A DNA stretch of 64,000 nt, taken from NCBI GenBank assembly GCA_040905565.1, contig JBBDRF010000059.1, forward strand, positions 41,877-105,876, given 5' to 3'. A program made the translations under genes and the position numbers. Below are positions 8,883 through 19,936 of this stretch, in pieces. The notes beneath the pieces were generated by a model. That model saw nothing but the letters and a program-made list of their open reading frames with translations, did not search any database and had not been told where the DNA came from. The first letter of the stretch is position 1. Each line of letters starts with the position of its first letter. This DNA comes from Phycisphaeraceae bacterium. GTDB lineage: Bacteria; Planctomycetota; Phycisphaerae; Phycisphaerales; Zrk34.

Positions 8883-10198
8883 ACCGCTCGCCGCACACCT
8901 CACGCACCGACCTTGAGCATCAGCAGCTCAGCAAGTTGCGCGCGCTGGTGCGTCAGCTTTCGGCGTCGAACGCTTTCTATCGCGATCGGCTGAAGACGGC
9001 CGGGCTTGATGATGCGTGCACGCTGGCGGAATTTTGTGAGCGTCTGCCGTTGACGACGAAGGCGGAGATCGTGGCCGACCAGACGGCTCACCCGCCGTAC
9101 GGCACGAACCTCACGTTCGACCTGTCCCGTTACAGTCGGTTTCATCAAACCAGCGGCACGACCGGCACGCCGTTGCGATGGCTGGATACTGCCGAGGATT
9201 GGTCGGCGATGCTCGGCTGCTGGGAGCAGGTGTTTCGGGCGGCGAAGGTGACACGCGACGACCGCGTCTGCTTCACGTTCTCCTTCGGTCCGTTCCTCGG
9301 ATTTTGGACGGCCTTCGAAGCGGCGACCCGCCTCGGCTGTCTCTGCCTGCCGGGCGGCGGCTTGTCTACGATCGCACGGCTGCGGCTGCTGCGCGACAAC
9401 CAGGCAACCGTGCTCTGCTGCACGCCGACGTATGCCCTTCGGCTTGCCGAAGTCGCGCAGCAGGAGAGCTTCGATATCGCTGACCTCGCGGTGCGTTTGA
9501 TCATTGTGGCCGGCGAGCCCGGCGGCAGCGTCCCGGCAACCCGGCAACTCATCGAGCAGCGATGGAGCACGGCGGCCGACGGCGACGGCGTCCGCGTGTT
9601 CGATCATCACGGCATGACCGAAGTCGGCCCCGTCACCTACGAATGCCCCAACCGCCCCGGCACGCTGCGCATCATCGAATCAAGCTATCTCGCGGAGGTG
9701 ATCGATCCGAAGACGCTTGATCCCGCCGAGCCGGGCGAACGTGGGGAGCTGGTGCTGACGACGCTGGATCGCGTGGGCTCGCCGTTGCTGCGGTACCGCA
9801 CGGGCGATCTGGTCCAGCCGATCTACCTGAACGATGCCGACGAACCGGTGGGCGGTGGGAGTGGTAGTGGGGGGCTCGCGTTGGAGGGTGGCATCCTTGG
9901 TCGGGCCGACGACATGGTGCTGGTGCGGGGCGTGAACATCTATCCTGCTGCGGTGGATCAGGTCATCCGCTCGATCGAAGGTGTGCACGAGTACCGCGTG
10001 GAGATTGATGCCTCGACGGCACTGACGCGAATGGCGGTCATTCTCGAAGCGGAGGACGGCGTGGCGGCACGGGTTGATTCGGCGCTTCAACAGGCCTTCT
10101 CGATGCGCGTCCCGGTGCGAACGGTGGAGGCGAACACGCTGCCACGCTTCGAGATGAAAGCCCGACGCTGGGTGCACACCCACGAACGCGCCACTTAG
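8879..10198 (+). CDS. Phenylacetate--CoA ligase (PaaK) family aryl/acyl-CoA ligase
   Basis: 'QTSGTTGTP', 'AGEPG', 'HGMTEVGP', 'LLRYRTGD', 'GRADDMVLVRGVNIYP'. Confidence 0.9.
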   Translation: MNRSPHTSRTDLEHQQLSKLRALVRQLSASNAFYRDRLKTAGLDDACTLAEFCERLPLTTKAEIVADQTAHPPYGTNLTFDLSRYSRFHQTSGTTGTPLRWLDTAEDWSAMLGCWEQVFRAAKVTRDDRVCFTFSFGPFLGFWTAFEAATRLGCLCLPGGGLSTIARLRLLRDNQATVLCCTPTYALRLAEVAQQESFDIADLAVRLIIVAGEPGGSVPATRQLIEQRWSTAADGDGVRVFDHHGMTEVGPVTYECPNRPGTLRIIESSYLAEVIDPKTLDPAEPGERGELVLTTLDRVGSPLLRYRTGDLVQPIYLNDADEPVGGGSGSGGLALEGGILGRADDMVLVRGVNIYPAAVDQVIRSIEGVHEYRVEIDASTALTRMAVILEAEDGVAARVDSALQQAFSMRVPVRTVEANTLPRFEMKARRWVHTHERAT

Positions 10199-10295
10199 CG
10201 GGCGATCGCAGGTCGCCGTTGCTCCGGATGCCCCGCCCAACGCAGCGATCTACAATACCGCCCCGCCCATCTGTTTTGCCTGAAGGAAGATTTCA

Positions 10296-11018
10296 ATGAC
10301 CGATCGCGCTCCATTGCTTGAGCTTCAGCACGTGGCGATGCGTTACGAAGCCGTCGCCGGGCAGGACACGCCGCCCGTGCTGGAGGATGTGAACCTCACG
10401 ATCGCCGCGGCCGAGTCGCTGGCCATTGTCGGACCCTCCGGCTGCGGCAAGAGCACGCTTTTGAACATCATCGGCACGCTCGATCGGCCCACGCAGGGCA
10501 GCGTCACGCTTGAAGGGCACGACCTGGCCACGCTGAACGATGAAGAGCTCGCCCGCGTGCGGAACCGGAAGATCGGCTTCGTGTTTCAGGAGCACCATCT
10601 GCTGCCGCAGTGCTCGGTAATTGAGAACGTCCTGGTGCCGACGCTGGTGAGCCGAGGCGATCAGGCGAAGGCGCGCGAGCGGGCGGCTCAGCTGCTGGAA
10701 CGTGTCGGGCTCGCCGATCGTCTGCACCATCGGCCGGGCGAACTCTCGGGCGGGCAGCGGCAACGCGTCGCGGTGGTCCGGGCGCTGATCAATCAACCGG
10801 CTCTGCTGCTGGCGGATGAACCGACCGGCTCTCTGGATCGGGCAGCGGCGGAGAACCTCTGGCAGACCCTGCTGGAACTCAACCGCGAAGAGGGCGTGGC
10901 CATGATGGTCGTCACGCATTCCACCGAATTGGCGCAGCAGATGCAGCAGGTGATGGAGCTTCGCGACGGCCGCCTCCATCCGCTTGATGCCACCGAAGCA
11001 GCCGCCCGCACCACCTGA
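10296..11018 (+). CDS. ABC transporter ATP-binding protein (LolD/MacB type)
   Basis: Walker A 'GPSGCGKS', signature 'LSGGQRQR', 'LLADEPTGSLD'. Confidence 0.95.
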   Translation: MTDRAPLLELQHVAMRYEAVAGQDTPPVLEDVNLTIAAAESLAIVGPSGCGKSTLLNIIGTLDRPTQGSVTLEGHDLATLNDEELARVRNRKIGFVFQEHHLLPQCSVIENVLVPTLVSRGDQAKARERAAQLLERVGLADRLHHRPGELSGGQRQRVAVVRALINQPALLLADEPTGSLDRAAAENLWQTLLELNREEGVAMMVVTHSTELAQQMQQVMELRDGRLHPLDATEAAARTT

Positions 11019-11071
11019 TCGAATTCACGCAAAACAAAGGCCTCCACCTAACGGAAGGTGGGGGGGAAGCC

Positions 11072-14000
11072 ATGACGCAATTTCGCTACGTTCTTCGAAG
11101 CATCGGTTACTACTGGCGAACGCACCTGGGCGTAGCGCTCGGGGCAGCCGTCGCCACGGCAGTGCTGGTCGGGGCCCTGGTCGTCGGCGATTCGGTCCGC
11201 GAAAGCCTGCGACAGATGGCGCTGCAGCGGCTCGGCGAGGTGCACCTTTCGATGTTCACGGCCGACCGTTACTTCACGCAGGATCTTGCGGAGAAGGTCG
11301 GCCGGGAGATGCAGACGACCGCGGCACCTGTGCTCGATCTCAACGGCATCGCCATCCTGCCCGGGCAGGGCCGCCGCACCGGTGGTGTGCATGTGCTCGG
11401 CGTGAACGAAAGCTTCTGGGAACTCGGCGGGCTGGACGAACCGCTGCTCACCGGCGACGCCAACGACGGCATCGTCATCAATCGGCGGCTTGCGGACACC
11501 ATTGATGCGGCGGCGGGGGATCGGATGCTGCTGCGCGTGGCGAGGCCCTCAGCCCTGTCGCGCGACATTCCGCTGGGGTCGGAAGCCGAGGAATCGGTCA
11601 CCATCAACGTGCCGATCAAGGCGGTGGTCGCCGACGAACAGTTCGGGCGTTTCAGTCTGCAGGCGAACCAGATTCCGCCCATGAACGCGTACGTGCCGTT
11701 GGAGCTTTTGCAGCAGCGCACGGAACTCGGCCCACGCGTGAACACACTGCTGCTGGGCGAGGCGGAGGTGCAGGCGGCGAACGCAGCGATCGCGGAGCAT
11801 TGGCAGCTTGAAGATGCGGACGTGGCCGTGCGTGAGCTTGATCAGCTGGGCGTGATCGAGCTGCGCAGCGGCCGGGTGTTTGTGGATCCGCCTGTAGTGG
11901 ATGCAGCCGTCGCCGGTGCGCATCCGCCGGACCAGCGTGTGCTGACGTACTTCGTGAATGAGCTGCGGCACGGCGATCGCGCGACGCCTTATTCAATGGT
12001 CGCAGCCGTGGAGCCGGGCGAGAACCAGCCGCTGCCGCCGGGCACACGTGACGACGAGATCGCAATCAATCAATGGCTGGCCGACGATCTGCAGGCGGAC
12101 GTCGGCGACGCAATCACGCTGCGCTACTACCTGCTCGGCGAGGCGCGACAGCTTGAACAGCAGGAGAGGACGTTCACCGTCAAAGCGATCGTGCCCACCG
12201 AAGGGCCCGGCGGCGACCGCCAGTTGATGCCTGATTTCCCCGGTCTTTCTGACGCCGACTCAAGCCGGGAGTGGAATCCCGCGATCCCGATCGATCTCTC
12301 GGAAATTCGTGACCGTGATGAAGATTACTGGCAGGATTATCGCGGGACGCCGAAGGCTTTCGTGACCCTTGCGTTCGGGCAGCAGGCCTGGGGCAACCGC
12401 TTCGGCGAGGTGACGAACCTGCGATGGTCGAGCGAAACGCACGATCGTGACGCCGTGGCCGAGGCGGTGCGGGGTGCGATGGATCCCGCAGCCATCGGGC
12501 TGATGCTGTTCGATGCACGAGGTCAGGCGCTGCAGGCGAGTGCGTCGGGCTTTGATTTCGGCGAATTGTTCATCGGTTTCAGCTTCTTCATCATCGTTTC
12601 GGCGCTGCTGCTGGTGGGACTGTTGTTCGGCTTTGCCGTGGAGAGTCGGTCGCCTGAGATCGGCACGCTGCTGGCGGTGGGCTGGACGCCGGGGCAGGTG
12701 CGAAGGGCTTGGCTGCTGGAGGGTGGCGTGCTGGCGGTGGTCGGCTCACTGGTCGGGCTGGTGCTCGGCGTCGGGTACACGAAGGCCGTGCTGTGGGCGC
12801 TGACGACGCTATGGACCGACGCGGTCGGGACGACGTCGCTGCATTATCACGCAGAAATCGGCACGTTGGTCGGCGGCACGCTGGCGGGCATCCTCGTCGC
12901 CGTGCTGACCATGTTCTGGGTGATTCGGCAGGCGGGCAAGCAGCCGGTGCGAGCCCTGCTCGCTGCACGCTTCGGCACGGAATCGAAGTTCGTCGCCTCG
13001 GCCAACTGGCCGCTCTGGACGGGCGGCGGCATGATCATCGCAGCGATCGCCATCATGTTCTTCGCAGGCATGGGCGGCGACCAGTCCGCAGCGGGAGCGT
13101 TCTTCGCAGCGGGGTCGTTAACGCTCATCGGCGGGCTGCTCGGCTGCTGGTCACTGCTCGGTCGAACGGGCGGGATGAGTCGCGAGCAAGCGAACTTCAC
13201 CATCGGAAGGCTCGGCTGGCGTAACAGTGCTCGGCGGCGCGGACGCAGTCTGGCGACCATCGCATTGCTGGCCTGTGGCTCGTTCCTCGTCGTGGCGGTG
13301 AATGCGAATCGGCAGGACCCCGCGGCGAACGCGCACCTCGCTTCGTCGGGCACGGGCGGTTTCGCGCTGCATGTGGAGACGACGCTGCCTGTCTATCACG
13401 ATCTGAACACCGCTGACGGCCGCAATGCGTATGTGCTGGATGAAGACGACGTCGCCGACGTCGGCTTCGTCCCCCTCCGCTTGCGTGATGGTGATGATGC
13501 GAGTTGTCTGAATCTCAACCGCGCGCAGCAGCCGCAGCTAATGGGCGTGAACGGCGAACACTTCGCCGAGCGCGGTTCGTTCACCTTCGCGCAAAGTGAA
13601 GAAGGCGTGGGCGACGGCTGGGAGATGTTGCGGGCGGACGTCGGCGAAAACGTGATCCCCGCCGTGGCCGACCAGAGTACCGCTGTCTGGGCGCTCGGTC
13701 TGGGCCTGGGCGACGAGCTGCACTACATCGATGAACGCGGCGAACCGTTCCGCATCCGCATCGTCGGCATGATCAACAACTCCATCCTGCAAGGCGGGTT
13801 GATCCTCGACGAATCACGCCTTACCGAACGCTACCCATCACTCGGCGGCTACCGCGTCTGGCTTGTCGATGCCCCCGCCGACCGTTTGGAGCAGGTGCAG
13901 GTCACGCTCGAACGTGCACTGGAAGATGTCGGCGCACAGATCATGCCGACCGACCAACGGCTGGCGATGTTCAGTGCCGTCGAGAACACCTACCTCTCGA

Positions 14001-14368
14001 TCTTCGGCACGCTCGGCGGGCTAGGCCTCATCCTCGGCTGCGTCGGCCTGGGGCTGGTCGTCCTGCGCAACGTGCTGGAACGGCGCTCGGAACTGGCGCT
14101 CATGCGATCAGTCGGCTTCGCCCGCAGCCGACTGCGTTGGCTCGTGCTCAGCGAACATTGGGGACTGCTGGCGCTGGGCCTCGGCGTGGGCGTCACCTCG
14201 GCACTGCTGGCCGTCTGGCCCGCCGTGACCGGGAACGGTGCCGACGTGCCCTGGCCCACCATCATCATCACGTTGATCGTCGTACTGCTCAGCGGCCTAC
14301 TCTGGACCGTCGGCGCGGCAGCCGCCGTCGTACGCGGCCGACTGATTGCGTCACTGCGAGCCGAATGA
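11072..14368 (+). CDS. Large ABC permease with duplicated FtsX/MacB-like units
   Basis: TM-periplasmic domain-TM bundle occurs twice; 'RSPEIGTLLAVGW' and 'RRSELALMRSVGF' FtsX motifs. Confidence 0.9.
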   Translation: MTQFRYVLRSIGYYWRTHLGVALGAAVATAVLVGALVVGDSVRESLRQMALQRLGEVHLSMFTADRYFTQDLAEKVGREMQTTAAPVLDLNGIAILPGQGRRTGGVHVLGVNESFWELGGLDEPLLTGDANDGIVINRRLADTIDAAAGDRMLLRVARPSALSRDIPLGSEAEESVTINVPIKAVVADEQFGRFSLQANQIPPMNAYVPLELLQQRTELGPRVNTLLLGEAEVQAANAAIAEHWQLEDADVAVRELDQLGVIELRSGRVFVDPPVVDAAVAGAHPPDQRVLTYFVNELRHGDRATPYSMVAAVEPGENQPLPPGTRDDEIAINQWLADDLQADVGDAITLRYYLLGEARQLEQQERTFTVKAIVPTEGPGGDRQLMPDFPGLSDADSSREWNPAIPIDLSEIRDRDEDYWQDYRGTPKAFVTLAFGQQAWGNRFGEVTNLRWSSETHDRDAVAEAVRGAMDPAAIGLMLFDARGQALQASASGFDFGELFIGFSFFIIVSALLLVGLLFGFAVESRSPEIGTLLAVGWTPGQVRRAWLLEGGVLAVVGSLVGLVLGVGYTKAVLWALTTLWTDAVGTTSLHYHAEIGTLVGGTLAGILVAVLTMFWVIRQAGKQPVRALLAARFGTESKFVASANWPLWTGGGMIIAAIAIMFFAGMGGDQSAAGAFFAAGSLTLIGGLLGCWSLLGRTGGMSREQANFTIGRLGWRNSARRRGRSLATIALLACGSFLVVAVNANRQDPAANAHLASSGTGGFALHVETTLPVYHDLNTADGRNAYVLDEDDVADVGFVPLRLRDGDDASCLNLNRAQQPQLMGVNGEHFAERGSFTFAQSEEGVGDGWEMLRADVGENVIPAVADQSTAVWALGLGLGDELHYIDERGEPFRIRIVGMINNSILQGGLILDESRLTERYPSLGGYRVWLVDAPADRLEQVQVTLERALEDVGAQIMPTDQRLAMFSAVENTYLSIFGTLGGLGLILGCVGLGLVVLRNVLERRSELALMRSVGFARSRLRWLVLSEHWGLLALGLGVGVTSALLAVWPAVTGNGADVPWPTIIITLIVVLLSGLLWTVGAAAAVVRGRLIASLRAE

Positions 14369-14376
14369 TCAAGTGA

Positions 14377-16911
<2,535 letters not shown>

Positions 16912-17172
16912 CTATCTGGCTACTTGCGTGAAGGTGCGAAAAACAGGGTTAAAACCGCTGCAAATCATGGGTTCGGTGCCGTCAGTGATTATAGCCAAAC
17001 CAACCGCAAATCGCCAGCCTCAGCGGCACGATAGCGGGCGGTCGCAGATCGCCGTTTCCGGGTTGCGTTTCGCATGTTCCCGGCATCGCCCGGGCTGGGG
17101 AGAGCCCGGCTCCGGGGGCGTGCGAAGGTGCTCCGTTCGCCTCAAGGGGCTGCAGGCTGGTAAGCTGTGTAC

Positions 17173-18258
17173 ATGAAGGCGGCTCTGCTGGCAGATCGGT
17201 CGTGGCTGATGGGTGAGTTGGCCACGCTGCGCCGTCTGGTCGTCGGCCTCGTCGATGATCAGGTCCGGGTCGTCCGCGTGGTCCCCGAAGACATCGGCGT
17301 CGCGCAGGACGACGCACTGGCCATCACCAGCACCGAATTGCACTACCGCTGGTCGCCGTGGCGCTGGATCCGCGATTGGGCGCTAAGGCAACTCCGCGAA
17401 AACCTGCGGGAAGCCGAAGTCGACGTGCTCCATGTGCTCGACGGCTCGCTCTGTGCTGCGGGTATGCAGCTCGGCCAGCAGCTGAATATCCCCGTCATCT
17501 GCAGCGTCTGGTCACAGCAGGAGATCGATCAGCTGCCGATGCCCCCAGCCGACGTTACCCTCGCCATCGCCGCCCCGACCCGAGCCCTTACCGAACGCTG
17601 TAGACGCCGCCTCAGCGGTTCCGGCGCCGTCGTCGAGTACATCCCCGCCGGTGTCTACCGCAGCACCTCCGAGCAATCGCCGCCGCTGGCTGACCCCTCG
17701 CAGACGCTCAGCTGCGTCGTGGCCGGCGACGGTCGGCTTGATGCCATGTACGCCGGCCTGCTCGAGGCCATGGCCGAGGTGCGGGACCAACTGGCGCACG
17801 CCGTTTACTTTCTGCATTCGGTGTCGTCCGATCAGCATCGGCTCTGGCAGATGGCCGAACGGTTGAAGCTGCTGGACCAGGTGAGTCTTGTGCCGCACGA
17901 GCCGGGCTCCAGACAGCTGCTGGTGCAGGCGGACGTGGTGATTCAGCCGCAGCCTCTGGGGCAGGTTCGGACGCTGGTGCTCGAGGCCATGGCAGCCGGC
18001 CGGCCCGTGATTGCAACGCTGGATCCGATGCTGGATTACCTGATCGATCAGCGTACCGCGAAGCTGCTGCAGGAGCCCACCGCTGACGACTGGACCAGCG
18101 TGCTCAAAGCCCTTGTCGAGCAGCCCGCAGCGTTCGTCGAACTCGGCCAGACGGCCCGCGAATACGTCGGGCAGCACCACTCCGCAGGCCGCTACGTCGA
18201 ACACACCCTCACCCTCTACCGCCGCCTCGCCGCGAAGCCGCTGCCGTTCAGGCGGTGA
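17173..18258 (+). CDS. GT-B fold glycosyltransferase family 4-like protein (divergent)
   Basis: 'ADVVIQP...LVLEAMAAGRPVIA' GT4 C-terminal motif. Confidence 0.75.
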   Translation: MKAALLADRSWLMGELATLRRLVVGLVDDQVRVVRVVPEDIGVAQDDALAITSTELHYRWSPWRWIRDWALRQLRENLREAEVDVLHVLDGSLCAAGMQLGQQLNIPVICSVWSQQEIDQLPMPPADVTLAIAAPTRALTERCRRRLSGSGAVVEYIPAGVYRSTSEQSPPLADPSQTLSCVVAGDGRLDAMYAGLLEAMAEVRDQLAHAVYFLHSVSSDQHRLWQMAERLKLLDQVSLVPHEPGSRQLLVQADVVIQPQPLGQVRTLVLEAMAAGRPVIATLDPMLDYLIDQRTAKLLQEPTADDWTSVLKALVEQPAAFVELGQTAREYVGQHHSAGRYVEHTLTLYRRLAAKPLPFRR

Positions 18259-18293
18259 CGGCAAACCTTCACGGTGCCCCGGCGCAGGCGCTT

Positions 18294-18371
18294 GGGTGGC
18301 ACTGGTGGCTTGTCCACCAGTGTCGGGGCTGCACGTCAGACACACTGGTGGGCAAGCCACCAGTGCCACCC
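18294..18371. repeat. REP/REPIN-like inverted repeat doublet
   Basis: 30-nt arms GGGTGGCACTGGTGGCTTGTCCACCAGTGT and ACACTGGTGGGCAAGCCACCAGTGCCACCC (1 mismatch); each arm is itself a hairpin. Confidence 0.85.
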
Positions 18372-18439
18372 GCCGCTCAAGAACGTAAGCCTGCGCCTCC
18401 AACTTGGCGACGCCCACGTTGACCGGCTACATTGCCTGT

Positions 18440-19309
18440 ATGCGTATCACTGAAACAATCGACGAGACCCGATCAACGGTCGCGGATCTCAAAGCAGCCG
18501 GTAGACCGCTGGCGCTTGTGCCGACGATGGGCGCGCTGCACGAAGGCCACCTCGCCCTGATCCGCCGAGCGAAGGCGCTGGTTGCACCGCAGGCGGGGCA
18601 CGTCGGTGTCTCAATCTTCGTGAACCCTGCACAGTTCGGCGTGGGTGAGGATCTCGATCGTTACCCGAGGCCGACCGCGCGTGACCTTGAGCTTTGCCGG
18701 GCTGAGGCGGTGGACCTGGCGTTCGTGCCGAGCGTGGATGCGGTTTATCCGCCGGACGAACGGGAGGTCGTGGTGGACGTGCCCGATCTGACGCAGGTGC
18801 TCGAGGGGGCCCATCGGCCGGACCATTTCGTCGGCGTCTGCCGCGTCGTCGCCAAGCTGTTGGCCATCGTTCAGCCGACCGTCGCCTGCTTCGGGCAGAA
18901 AGATTATCAGCAGCTCAAGGTGATTCAGGCCATGACGCAAGGCCTGTGCCTGCCGGTGCAGATCGAACCGTGCCCGACCGTGCGGGAGGCGGACAACCTC
19001 GCTCTTTCCAGCCGTAACACGCATCTCGATGCCGAGTCGCGCCGGCATGCCGTATCGCTTTATAAAGCACTGGCTGAGGCAAAACGGTTGATCGAGGAGC
19101 AGGGCGAAGTCGACCCCGGCGTCGTGGAGCGGGCGATGGCGCAGGAGATGCAGATGCATCACGTGGCGGTCGATTACGCTGCTGTGCGTGATGCGCGAAC
19201 GCTGGGCGAACTGGACGTGATCAACCCGACGCTTGAGCCGATCGTCTGCCTGGTCGCGGGGCGAATCGGCGGCGTCAGACTCATCGATAACCTCGTCATC
19301 GGCGGATAG
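18440..19309 (+). CDS. panC: Pantoate--beta-alanine ligase
   Basis: 'VPTMGALHEGH', 'SIFVNPAQF', 'RPDHFVGV', 'FGQKDYQQ', 'LALSSRN', 'RLIDN'. Confidence 0.96.
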   Translation: MRITETIDETRSTVADLKAAGRPLALVPTMGALHEGHLALIRRAKALVAPQAGHVGVSIFVNPAQFGVGEDLDRYPRPTARDLELCRAEAVDLAFVPSVDAVYPPDEREVVVDVPDLTQVLEGAHRPDHFVGVCRVVAKLLAIVQPTVACFGQKDYQQLKVIQAMTQGLCLPVQIEPCPTVREADNLALSSRNTHLDAESRRHAVSLYKALAEAKRLIEEQGEVDPGVVERAMAQEMQMHHVAVDYAAVRDARTLGELDVINPTLEPIVCLVAGRIGGVRLIDNLVIGG

Positions 19310-19319
19310 GCCCAAGCCG

Positions 19320-19757
19320 ATGTGGGAGTACATCACCAAGGCAGCGACGGCATGGTTCCTCGGATTCTTCCCGTTCCTGGAAATCTACGTCGCCATCCCC
19401 GCCTCGATCGCGCTCGGATTAGACTACGTTTCCGTCGTGTTCTGGTGCGTTTTGGGCAATTACATGCCCGTGCCGATGATCGTCGCCTTTCACAGCAGGC
19501 TCAGGCGTGTGCCTCGCATCGGCCCTTGGCTTGACCGCCTCGCCACCGGCCGCGGCCGCCGCATCCTCCACCGCCACGGGCCCATGTTCGTGCTCTTCGC
19601 CACGCCCTGGATCGGCATCTGGGCCGTCGCCGCCGCCGCCCAGACGCTGGGCATGCACCGGGGGAAACTGCTGTTCTACTCCTTCGCCAGCGTCGCCGGC
19701 TACGGCATCATCCTCACCATCATGATCGCCCTCGGCCTCGACTGGTTCAGCGACTGA
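19320..19757 (+). CDS. Small multidrug export family membrane protein
   Basis: 'PFLEIYVAIP', 'LGNYMPVP', 'ATPWIGIW' pattern with about 4 TM segments. Confidence 0.7.
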   Translation: MWEYITKAATAWFLGFFPFLEIYVAIPASIALGLDYVSVVFWCVLGNYMPVPMIVAFHSRLRRVPRIGPWLDRLATGRGRRILHRHGPMFVLFATPWIGIWAVAAAAQTLGMHRGKLLFYSFASVAGYGIILTIMIALGLDWFSD

Positions 19758-19936
19758 GAAACGGGGCCTGCGAGCGGGGGGAACTCTGCCGCGTACGAAG
19801 CGTATCTAACAGATGCGCTCAATTGTGGGTCGGGCAACTCAAGCAGGAAATCTCCGTTGCTTGGAACGTTTGTTCCTGCACCGGGTGGACCTGCATTGCA
19901 CGATGATTATGCTGTGGGGTCAAGGAGACGTCGGCA

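Noticed and set aside
8879..10198. Phenylacetate catabolism (paa) operon
   Set aside because: No paaABCDE, paaG or paaZ genes nearby.
2025..14368. Aryl polyene/xanthomonadin or ladderane cluster
   Set aside because: It shares ligase, halogenase, GT and thioesterase types, but no ACP, ketosynthase or Fab genes are present in the window.
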